A DNA stretch of 64,000 bases. Source: Candidatus Omnitrophota bacterium. GTDB lineage: Bacteria; Omnitrophota; Gorgyraeia; Velamenicoccales; JABMQK01. Numbering within the stretch: the stretch's first letter is position 1; each line of letters opens with the position of its first letter. Made by a program: the position numbers and the translations under genes. Where the stretch lies: positions 1,368,928 through 1,432,927 of the forward strand of contig JAQTSV010000001.1 of NCBI GenBank assembly GCA_028711115.1, read 5' to 3'. Below the pieces are notes generated by a model that did not search any database, had not been told where the DNA came from, and worked only from the letters and a program-made list of their open reading frames with translations. Shown one piece after another: positions 19,496 to 27,150 of the stretch.

Positions 19496-19931
19496 TTTTT
19501 TCGATCCTTTCTATTTGTTTTATGCGGCGCAGGTGCCTACCGCCTTCAAAGTCGGTATTTAACCACGCCTTAATAATTTCACGGGCTTTTGCTATATTTG
19601 TAAATAGTGCTCCTAATACCAGGATATTGGAATCGTTGTGTCTGCGCGATAATTCGGCAGCTTTTATATTGTAGCACAAAGCTGCGCGGATGCCTTTTAC
19701 TTTATTTGCGGCGATGCAATTGCCGATGCCTGTCTTGCAAATCAGGATTCCCTTATTTACATCCTTGCGCGCCACGGATTTCGCCACACTAAAAGCAATA
19801 AGCGGATAGTCACAGGATTCTTGGCAATCCGTCCCAAAATCCTTAACACTATATTTTTTGCTCTTTAATAATTTCGCAATCTGCTGTTTTAATTTAAAAC
19901 CGCCGTGATCTGAACCAATCGCAATTTTCAT
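19488..19931 (-). CDS. rpiB: Ribose-5-phosphate isomerase B
   Basis: [15 protein letters not shown] and [13 protein letters not shown] motifs. Confidence 0.92.
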   Translation of the reverse strand: MKIAIGSDHGGFKLKQQIAKLLKSKKYSVKDFGTDCQESCDYPLIAFSVAKSVARKDVNKGILICKTGIGNCIAANKVKGIRAALCYNIKAAELSRRHNDSNILVLGALFTNIAKAREIIKAWLNTDFEGGRHLRRIKQIERIEKSV

Positions 19932-19960
19932 TTGTGACCTCTTTTATTTATAATTTATTT

Positions 19961-21019
19961 CTAAACTAAATCCACTAACCTGTCAACCGCTGCCTTGATA
20001 TCCAAAAAACTATTCTTATATATATCCATGCCCTTGCCGATGGGATCTTCAATTTCTGATTTGCCCTGATTAAATTTGCTGAATTCTTTCAATAAATACA
20101 GCCTGCTTTTTAAATACGGCTTGTCTTTTAAGATTGTTTCTTCCTGCAGGCGTTCCATAACTAAAATCAAATCGCTCCTTTTGAGCATTTCTTCGTTTAC
20201 GCGCTGGGCAATGTGGCTGGATACGTCAATGCCTTCTTCTTTTAACAATTGTTTGGTCTCAAAAGAAGCGCCTGTGCCTATAGACGCGGATAATCCGGCA
20301 GAAGATACCTCAATATCGCTCCTATTTTTTTCTTTAAGTTTTTTCTCAAACAGCGCCTGCGCCATAACCGAACGGCAGGAATTTCCCGTGCAGACAAACA
20401 AAACTCTTTTCTTTGCAGCCAATTCTTTAATTAATTTATCATCAATAAAACCTTTGCGCAATATTTTAAAAGGCAGGCTGCTGGCATCCACAACCGTGGA
20501 AGGAATTCCCAATCTGACTTTGCCGCCGTCCAAAACCAATTCTATCTTTCCTTTCAGATCCTCCAATACGTCCTCTGCGCTCAGCGGCTCGCGTTTGCCC
20601 GATAAATTTGCCGACGGGCAGACCAGAGGAAAATCTAATTGTTTTAAAATATCCAAAGCCACACGGCAATCAGGCATACGTAATCCCACCGTCGGTTTAT
20701 CTTTTGACTTTAAAATTATTGTCAGAGGCCCGGGCCAGAATCTGTCCGCCAATCTGTAAGCTGCAGGCAGAACATCACAAGCAAAATTATCAATTTCATT
20801 TATATCGCAAATAAGCAGCGTAAAAGGCTTATCCTTAGACCTATTTTTTACTGCATGCAACTTTTCTACGGCCTTTGCATCATTATAATTTGCAGCTAAG
20901 CCGTAAACTGTTTCCGTGGGAAGAGCAACCAGCCCTCCGCTGCTTAAAATATCTATAACCTGATTAATCTGCTCATCGTCCAAAGAATTGTTTTTTATTT
21001 TGATTACGCGCGTCTGCAT
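19961..21019 (-). CDS. Fusion: threonylcarbamoyl-AMP synthase (YrdC/TsaC domain) + low-molecular-weight phosphatase (YwlE-like)
   Basis: N-terminus has LPTETVYGLAANY, KNRSKDKPFTLLI and VCPSANLSG. C-terminus has the VLFVCTGNSCRSVMAQ CX5R P-loop and an EDPIG general-acid motif. Confidence 0.85.
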   Translation of the reverse strand: MQTRVIKIKNNSLDDEQINQVIDILSSGGLVALPTETVYGLAANYNDAKAVEKLHAVKNRSKDKPFTLLICDINEIDNFACDVLPAAYRLADRFWPGPLTIILKSKDKPTVGLRMPDCRVALDILKQLDFPLVCPSANLSGKREPLSAEDVLEDLKGKIELVLDGGKVRLGIPSTVVDASSLPFKILRKGFIDDKLIKELAAKKRVLFVCTGNSCRSVMAQALFEKKLKEKNRSDIEVSSAGLSASIGTGASFETKQLLKEEGIDVSSHIAQRVNEEMLKRSDLILVMERLQEETILKDKPYLKSRLYLLKEFSKFNQGKSEIEDPIGKGMDIYKNSFLDIKAAVDRLVDLV

Positions 21020-21501
21020 TAAATCTTAACTTTTATTTTTTTAATTGCCTTGGCCATTTGTTTTTTGTAGGCGTTTAATTTTGCCTTTATCTTTTTATCT
21101 TCCAAAGCTAAAATCTCTAAGCTAAATATGGCTGCGTTTTTTGCGCCCCAGCTGCCGATGGACATGCAGGCAACCGGAATCCCCGGAGGCATCTGAGCTG
21201 TAGAAAGCAACGAATCCAGTCCTTTCAGCGACTTTGTCTCAATAGGAATGCCTATCACTGGCAAAGTTGTATGCGAAGCTATCACTCCTGCCAGCGCCGC
21301 AGAACCGCCTGCAGCGGCAATAACAACTTTTATGCCTTTATTTTCCAAAGTGCCGACATAAGCTGCCAATTCTTTTGGCGTGCGGTGCGCAGAAAGCACT
21401 TTTATCTCATAGCTTGTTTTAAAATTCTCTAAAATTTCCGCTGTCTGTTTTACTGTTTCTAAATCAGATTTGCTGCCCATAATAATTGCGATCTTAGGCA
21501 T
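21019..21501 (-). CDS. purE: 5-(carboxyamino)imidazole ribonucleotide mutase / AIR carboxylase PurE
   Basis: IIMGSKSD, SAHRTP and AAGGSAALAGV motifs. Confidence 0.93.
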   Translation of the reverse strand: MPKIAIIMGSKSDLETVKQTAEILENFKTSYEIKVLSAHRTPKELAAYVGTLENKGIKVVIAAAGGSAALAGVIASHTTLPVIGIPIETKSLKGLDSLLSTAQMPPGIPVACMSIGSWGAKNAAIFSLEILALEDKKIKAKLNAYKKQMAKAIKKIKVKI

Positions 21502-21509
21502 AAAACCTC

Positions 21510-22781
21510 CTATTCGATAATTGCCTTTGCCCCGATATCTTTACGAAAATGCATGCCTTCAAATTTAATCTTTTCTATTGCCTGGTATGAATTATTTATG
21601 GCATCTCTAATGTCTTTGCCCAATGCGGTCACACCTAAAACCCTGCCGCCGCTGGTTACAATCTTACCGTTATCCGATTTTGTGCCGGCATGAAACACCA
21701 TAACTCCTTTTCTGCCTTTTAAATCATTGAGCCCGGAAATCTCTTTTCCCTTCTGGTATTCGCCGGGATAACCGCCGGAACTTGCCACTATACAGACACA
21801 GCTGTCTTTAGACCAGGAAAGTTTTATCGTATCCAATGCGCCGTCGATTACCGCCTGCATAACTTTTACCAGATCAGTGCGCAGGCGCGGAAGTATTACC
21901 TGAGTTTCCGGATCGCCGAATCTTACATTAAATTCCAGTGTCTTGGGGCCGTCTTTTGTAATCATAATGCCGGCGTAGAGCAAACCTTTATAAGGACAGC
22001 CAATCTTAGACATTTCGTCCACCACAGGTTTTATTATCTTATTTAAAATTTCCTTCATCAATTTAGGGGAAATTACGGGCGCGGGAGAATATGCCCCCAT
22101 TCCGCCGGTATTCGGGCCCTGGTCATTGTCAAAAATACGCTTATGGTCCTGTGAAGAAGCCAGAGGTATAAAATTTATTCCGTCGCAGAAGGCAAGTATG
22201 GATGCCTCTTCGCCTGTTAAACATTCCTCAATTATAACTTGGTTTCCGGCATCGCCGAAAATTTTATTTTCCATAATGGAAGCAACTGCGTCGATGGCTT
22301 CCTGTTCGGTCTTGGCAACGATAACGCCTTTTCCCTGCGCCAGTCCGTCTGCCTTAACGACCAATGGCGCGCCTTTGGCCTTTATATAATCTTTGGCCTG
22401 CTGCGCATCCTCAAAAATTTCACATTGAGCCGTAGGCACGCCAGCCTTCATCATAATTTGTTTGGCAAATACCTTGCTTGCCTCAAGCCGTGCGCCCAGG
22501 GCATTAGGCCCGAAAATCCTCAAACCCTCTTTTTCAAATTCGTCAACAATTCCTCCGGCCAGAGGCGCTTCCGGGCCAACCACCGTCAAATCTATCTGCG
22601 TGTCTTTGACAAAATGCAACAGATTCTTTATGTCGTCTGCAGCGATATCAATACACTGGGCGATTTCTGCAATGCCGGCATTTCCCGGAGCTGCAAAAAT
22701 CTGTTTTACCTGTTTAGACTGAGCCAATTTCCAAACTAAAGTATGCTCTCTTCCTCCTGAACCAACAACGAGTATCTTCAT
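21510..22781 (-). CDS. purD: Phosphoribosylamine-glycine ligase
   Basis: MKILVVGSGGREH, ATP-grasp motifs, and FHAGT...GGRVLGVTA. Confidence 0.95.
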   Translation of the reverse strand: MKILVVGSGGREHTLVWKLAQSKQVKQIFAAPGNAGIAEIAQCIDIAADDIKNLLHFVKDTQIDLTVVGPEAPLAGGIVDEFEKEGLRIFGPNALGARLEASKVFAKQIMMKAGVPTAQCEIFEDAQQAKDYIKAKGAPLVVKADGLAQGKGVIVAKTEQEAIDAVASIMENKIFGDAGNQVIIEECLTGEEASILAFCDGINFIPLASSQDHKRIFDNDQGPNTGGMGAYSPAPVISPKLMKEILNKIIKPVVDEMSKIGCPYKGLLYAGIMITKDGPKTLEFNVRFGDPETQVILPRLRTDLVKVMQAVIDGALDTIKLSWSKDSCVCIVASSGGYPGEYQKGKEISGLNDLKGRKGVMVFHAGTKSDNGKIVTSGGRVLGVTALGKDIRDAINNSYQAIEKIKFEGMHFRKDIGAKAIIE

Positions 22782-23788
22782 TTTACGATGACCTTCTTGT
22801 TTCCTTTTACAACTCTGCCGATTATCCAGGACTGCAAACCAAATTGTGCCAATTGCCTGATTATTTTTTCTGCGGCATTTCTATTTACCACCAAAACCAT
22901 GCCAATCCCCATATTAAAGGTATGGCACATCTCTTTATCCTGTATGTTGCCTCTTATCTGGATTAATCTGAATATCTCCGGTATCGGCCATGAACCGCTG
23001 TCAATCTCAATATTCAGATTCTTGGGAATTATGCGTTTTATTTTATCATAAAAAGCCCCGCCTGTAATATGGGCGATGCCTTTAATATTATTATTGTAGA
23101 GTAGAGATAAAACCGGTTTAACATAAATCCGCGTGGGCTCAAGCAATTCCTTAGACATCTTCTTTAATTCATCCTGCGAGAAAGCTTTTCTTACCAAAGA
23201 AAATCCGTTAGAGTGTAAACCATTTGAGGCCAGGCCCACAACTACATCGCCTGACTTTATGCCGGAGCCGTCAATTATCTTATTTTCTTCCACAACTCCC
23301 ACGCAAAAACCCGCCAGGTCATATTCGCCTTTTTGATACATTCCGGGCATCTCGGCAGTTTCTCCGCCGATTAAGGCGCAGCCTGCCTGTTTGCAGCCTT
23401 CGGAAACGCCTTTTATAATATCCTTAAACACGCTGGATTCTAATTTTGAACAACCTAAATAATCCAGGAAGAATAACGGCTCAGCGCCGCAGCACAAAAT
23501 ATCGTTTACATTCATCGCCACCAGATCAATACCTATTGTATCGTGTTTATTCACCAACACGGCGATTTTTAATTTTGTGCCCACGCCGTCGCTGGAAGAC
23601 ACCAAAACTGGATTCTTATATTTTTGGGCGAGTTTAAAAAAACCTCCGAAACTGCCTATTCCTCTTAATACGCCGGGCCTGTCAGCTGACCTGACAATCT
23701 GTTTGATATCCTCAATCAAGGAATCCGCCTTTTTAATATCCACGCCGGACTGTTTATAGGTCAAAGGTTTTCTCTTCATAATATGCAC
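22778..23788 (-). CDS. purM: Phosphoribosylformylglycinamidine cyclo-ligase (AIR synthetase)
   Basis: YKQSGVDI, DGVGTKLK and LIGGETAEMPG motifs. Confidence 0.95.
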   Translation of the reverse strand: MHIMKRKPLTYKQSGVDIKKADSLIEDIKQIVRSADRPGVLRGIGSFGGFFKLAQKYKNPVLVSSSDGVGTKLKIAVLVNKHDTIGIDLVAMNVNDILCCGAEPLFFLDYLGCSKLESSVFKDIIKGVSEGCKQAGCALIGGETAEMPGMYQKGEYDLAGFCVGVVEENKIIDGSGIKSGDVVVGLASNGLHSNGFSLVRKAFSQDELKKMSKELLEPTRIYVKPVLSLLYNNNIKGIAHITGGAFYDKIKRIIPKNLNIEIDSGSWPIPEIFRLIQIRGNIQDKEMCHTFNMGIGMVLVVNRNAAEKIIRQLAQFGLQSWIIGRVVKGNKKVIVK

Positions 23789-25203
23789 CTTTCTTCCAGA
23801 ATATTTTTACCTGTGTTTTTATCTACGGGGAGCGGATAATCTCCGTTCCAGCAGGCTGTGCAGTAATTCTTTTTGGCTAATTTCACTGAATTTAACATAC
23901 CCTTCAAACTAAGGTAACCTATGCTGTCCACATCCAAAAATTTGGCTATTTCTTTTATATTATATTTATTGGCGATCAATTCTTCCGGCCGCGGAAAATC
24001 TATGCCGTAGAAACAGGGAAATTTATGCGGCGGACAGGCTACGCGCATATGCACTTCTTTTGCGCCGGCCAATCTGAAATTTTTCACGCGTATGCGCGAA
24101 GTTGTGCCGCGCACAATAGAATCATCCACAATTACCACGCGTTTGCCCCTAACCACTTCTTTAAGTATATTGAATTTCACTCTCACTCCCAGGTCGCGGA
24201 TGTGCTGATGCGGCTGGATAAAAGTCCTGCCCACATAATGATTTCTTATGACACCCAGTTCCAAAGGTATTTTTGATGCGTGCGAAAATCCCAAAGCAGC
24301 AGACGTGCCTGAATCAGGAATAGGTATAATAAAATCTGCCTTTACAGGATGTTCCTTTGCCAGAGTCTCGCCTAATTTCTGCCTTACCAGATGCACTGTC
24401 TCGCCGAATACTATGGAATCCGGACGGGAAAAATAAACATGCTCAAATATGCAGTGCGCGCGCAAATCTTTCTGCGCATCAAACTTTATGGACTTAATCC
24501 CTTTTTTGTCTATAATCACGATTTCGCCCGGCTCAATTTCGCGCACAAGTTTTGCCTCGATTAAATCAAAAGCACAAGTCTCAGAAGCCAGGCACCAGTT
24601 GTCTTTTAATTTTCCCAAGCACAGCGGACGAAAACCCAGCGGGTCGCGCACGCCGATCAATTTGTCTTCGGTCATAATCACCAGAGAATACGCGCCTTTG
24701 ATTCTTTTCAAAGCGCTGACTAATTTCTCCAGCATATCTTTTGATTTGGAGCGCGCCATAAGATGAATGATGATTTCGCTGTCACAGCTCGTCTGGAATA
24801 TGGAACCTTTTGCCTCGAGTTCTTTTTTTAAGGAAAAACTATTGATTAAATTTCCGTTATGGCCGATGGCAAAATACCCGCCCAAGTGGTCTACAAACAA
24901 TGGCTGGGCATTTTTTACAGAACTTGAACCTGTGGTGGAATAACGCACATGACCGATTGCCAGATGGCCTTTCAAAGAACGCAATCTCTCCTCGTCAAAT
25001 ACGTCGCAGACCTGGCCCATCGCCCTGTGCATATAAACTTCCTGGCCGTCGCTGGAAACTATCCCGCAGGATTCTTCGCCGCGGTGCTGCAACGCATACA
25101 ATCCCAGATAAGCAATTGAGCTCGCCTCGGGATTTCCGTAAATTCCGAACAGGCCGCAGAATTCTTTCAGGCGCTCGCCATCCTCATAAATTTTCTTTTG
25201 CAT
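23776..25203 (-). CDS. purF: Amidophosphoribosyltransferase (propeptide-containing, Fe-S type)
   Basis: CGLFGIYG follows a 15-residue leader. DDSIVRGTT PRPP motif. C-terminal CTACWNGDYP cluster cysteines. Confidence 0.95.
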   Translation of the reverse strand: MQKKIYEDGERLKEFCGLFGIYGNPEASSIAYLGLYALQHRGEESCGIVSSDGQEVYMHRAMGQVCDVFDEERLRSLKGHLAIGHVRYSTTGSSSVKNAQPLFVDHLGGYFAIGHNGNLINSFSLKKELEAKGSIFQTSCDSEIIIHLMARSKSKDMLEKLVSALKRIKGAYSLVIMTEDKLIGVRDPLGFRPLCLGKLKDNWCLASETCAFDLIEAKLVREIEPGEIVIIDKKGIKSIKFDAQKDLRAHCIFEHVYFSRPDSIVFGETVHLVRQKLGETLAKEHPVKADFIIPIPDSGTSAALGFSHASKIPLELGVIRNHYVGRTFIQPHQHIRDLGVRVKFNILKEVVRGKRVVIVDDSIVRGTTSRIRVKNFRLAGAKEVHMRVACPPHKFPCFYGIDFPRPEELIANKYNIKEIAKFLDVDSIGYLSLKGMLNSVKLAKKNYCTACWNGDYPLPVDKNTGKNILEERCIL

Positions 25204-25966
25204 ATTCTACCCCGTTTCTAAAAATCGCCAATCCGTCGCCTTCTTCTTTTTTATCAAGCCTTGTCCAGTGCGGATGCTGATAAAATGATATATGGCGCTC
25301 AGGATGAGGCATTAAACCTAAGATTCTTCCCGACTCATCGCAGATGCCTGCAATATTTTCTACGGAACCGTTGGGATTTTCGGGATAATCACCCAATCCT
25401 CCGTTTTTATTGCAGTATTGAAAAACAATCTGGTTATTGTTTTTTATCTTCTCCAGAATGTTTTCGTCATTTAAAATAAATTTCCCTTCGCCGTGTGCCA
25501 CCGGAAGATAAATCACCTGCGGCAGATTTTTAGTCCAGATACACTTTCCGCCGGCAATGGATAAATATGTCCATCTGTCCTCGAATTTTGCCGAATCATT
25601 CAAAATGAGCGATGCCTCCTGCTGGAATTTATTATAACCCGGTAATAATCCCGCCTTTACCAGAATCTGAAAACCATTGCAGATGCCAATAATCAGCTTA
25701 CCATCTTTTAGGAATTTCTCTAATTCTTTTTTGAGTTTAAACCGCAGCTCGTTGGCCAGGATTTTTCCCGCGCCCAAATCGTCGCCATAGCTGAAACCTC
25801 CGGGAAACGCCAGAATCTGATAAGAAGATATTTTTTTCTTCCTGCTTACAACTTCATTTATATGCACTAAATCGGCTTCTGCTCCCACTGCCTCAAAAGC
25901 GAATTTGGTCTCTTTGTCGCAGTTTGTTCCTGCCGTGCGCAAAACTAAAACTTTTACCTTTTTCAT
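25184..25966 (-). CDS. purQ: FGAM synthase glutaminase subunit
   Basis: GGFSYGDD, ICNGFQIL (catalytic Cys) and MPHPER motifs. Confidence 0.9.
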   Translation of the reverse strand: MKKVKVLVLRTAGTNCDKETKFAFEAVGAEADLVHINEVVSRKKKISSYQILAFPGGFSYGDDLGAGKILANELRFKLKKELEKFLKDGKLIIGICNGFQILVKAGLLPGYNKFQQEASLILNDSAKFEDRWTYLSIAGGKCIWTKNLPQVIYLPVAHGEGKFILNDENILEKIKNNNQIVFQYCNKNGGLGDYPENPNGSVENIAGICDESGRILGLMPHPERHISFYQHPHWTRLDKKEEGDGLAIFRNGVEYAKENL

Positions 25967-25976
25967 AAATTACAAA

Positions 25977-26633
25977 TCACTGTTTATAGAATTCTTTTAT
26001 TATCCTGACCACTTCTTCGGGTTCGTCCACAAGCTTAAATATATCCAGCTCCGATTTATCGATACAGCCTCTTTCTATGGCCTCGTCCTTAATCCACTGG
26101 ATTAGGCCTTTCCAGTAATCCGAGCCCACCATAACTACGGGAAATTTCTGTATTCTTTCTGTCTGCACGAGGTTTAAGCTTTCGAACAGTTCATCCAGCG
26201 TTCCGTATCCGCCGGGCATAATCACAAATGCCTTGGCGTATTTTACAAACATCACCTTGCGCACAAAGAAATAGCGGAAATCCAGCAGTATGTCTATGTA
26301 ATTATTGGGCTTCTGCTCCGAGGGAATCTGAATGTTGAGGCCCACGGAAATGCCTTTGGCTTTTCTTGCGCCTTTGTTGGCTGCCTCCATAATGCCCGGC
26401 CCGCCGCCGGTAATAATGGCAAAACCTTCCTTTGCCAGAAGCTGGGATGTCTTTTCGGCGATTTTATAATATTTGTCCTGCGGCTTTAATCTGGAAGAGC
26501 CGAATATGGAGACTGCCTTGCCGACTTTTGCCAGCATCTCAAATCCATCCACAAATTCCGACATTATCCGAAACACCCGCCAGGTTTCTTCAGAGGAAAA
26601 ATTATTTCTGTTTAGTTTGATTTTATTTTTCAT
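25977..26633 (-). CDS. LOG / TIGR00730 family nucleotide 5'-monophosphate nucleosidase-like protein
   Basis: VSIFGSSR, ITGGGPGIMEAANKGA and PGGYGTLDELFE motifs. Confidence 0.85.
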   Translation of the reverse strand: MKNKIKLNRNNFSSEETWRVFRIMSEFVDGFEMLAKVGKAVSIFGSSRLKPQDKYYKIAEKTSQLLAKEGFAIITGGGPGIMEAANKGARKAKGISVGLNIQIPSEQKPNNYIDILLDFRYFFVRKVMFVKYAKAFVIMPGGYGTLDELFESLNLVQTERIQKFPVVMVGSDYWKGLIQWIKDEAIERGCIDKSELDIFKLVDEPEEVVRIIKEFYKQ

Positions 26634-26673
26634 TCTCTTGTCTCCTTATTTCACAAATAATTATCTAGATGGT

Positions 26674-27090
26674 TTAATGTTTCTTTGTAGTTTTAGTTTC
26701 TAAAATTTGTCTTATTGTTTGGACTTCTTTATGTAATTCAATAGTAGTTTTTTCAGTTTCGCTCTTTCCTTTAAAATGATCTATTATACCTAGGAAGCAA
26801 AAACTTATTATTAAAGATAAAACAGCCAATAACCACCCTTGTAAAATATCTGGCGAGAATACCTCATTTTTATCTATTTTATCTTTAATTCCTCTTAAAA
26901 ACCAAAAAATACATATCGGAGAAAAGGAAATTAAAATAACAAGTGCCCAAAAAATGGAATTTTTTAAGGAAAAACCTGTTTCCCATTTTAACGCTAAAAT
27001 AATTGCTACTATATATACTAAATATAGAAAAGATAATACAATTTTATTTGAGAGCGTGAGCCTTTTTATAAATTCTATAAATCCTTTCAT
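26674..27090 (-). CDS. Hypothetical membrane protein (AT-rich orphan inside the pur gene string)
   Basis: 138 aa with 3-4 hydrophobic helices and no motif I recognise. A 100-nt sample counted by hand is 28% GC, against about 45-50% in flanking purL. Confidence 0.45.
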   Translation of the reverse strand: MKGFIEFIKRLTLSNKIVLSFLYLVYIVAIILALKWETGFSLKNSIFWALVILISFSPICIFWFLRGIKDKIDKNEVFSPDILQGWLLAVLSLIISFCFLGIIDHFKGKSETEKTTIELHKEVQTIRQILETKTTKKH

Positions 27091-27150
27091 TTCTCCACCT
27101 GTTTTCTATAACCGTTTCTAAATATCTCGAATATTCGCGACGATTCGCGT

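Noticed and set aside
27091-27150. Small palindromes after the purL stop (CGAATATTCG; CGCGA-CGAT-TCGCG)
   Set aside because: The stems are only 4-5 bp with no U-tract, which is too weak to call a terminator or operator.
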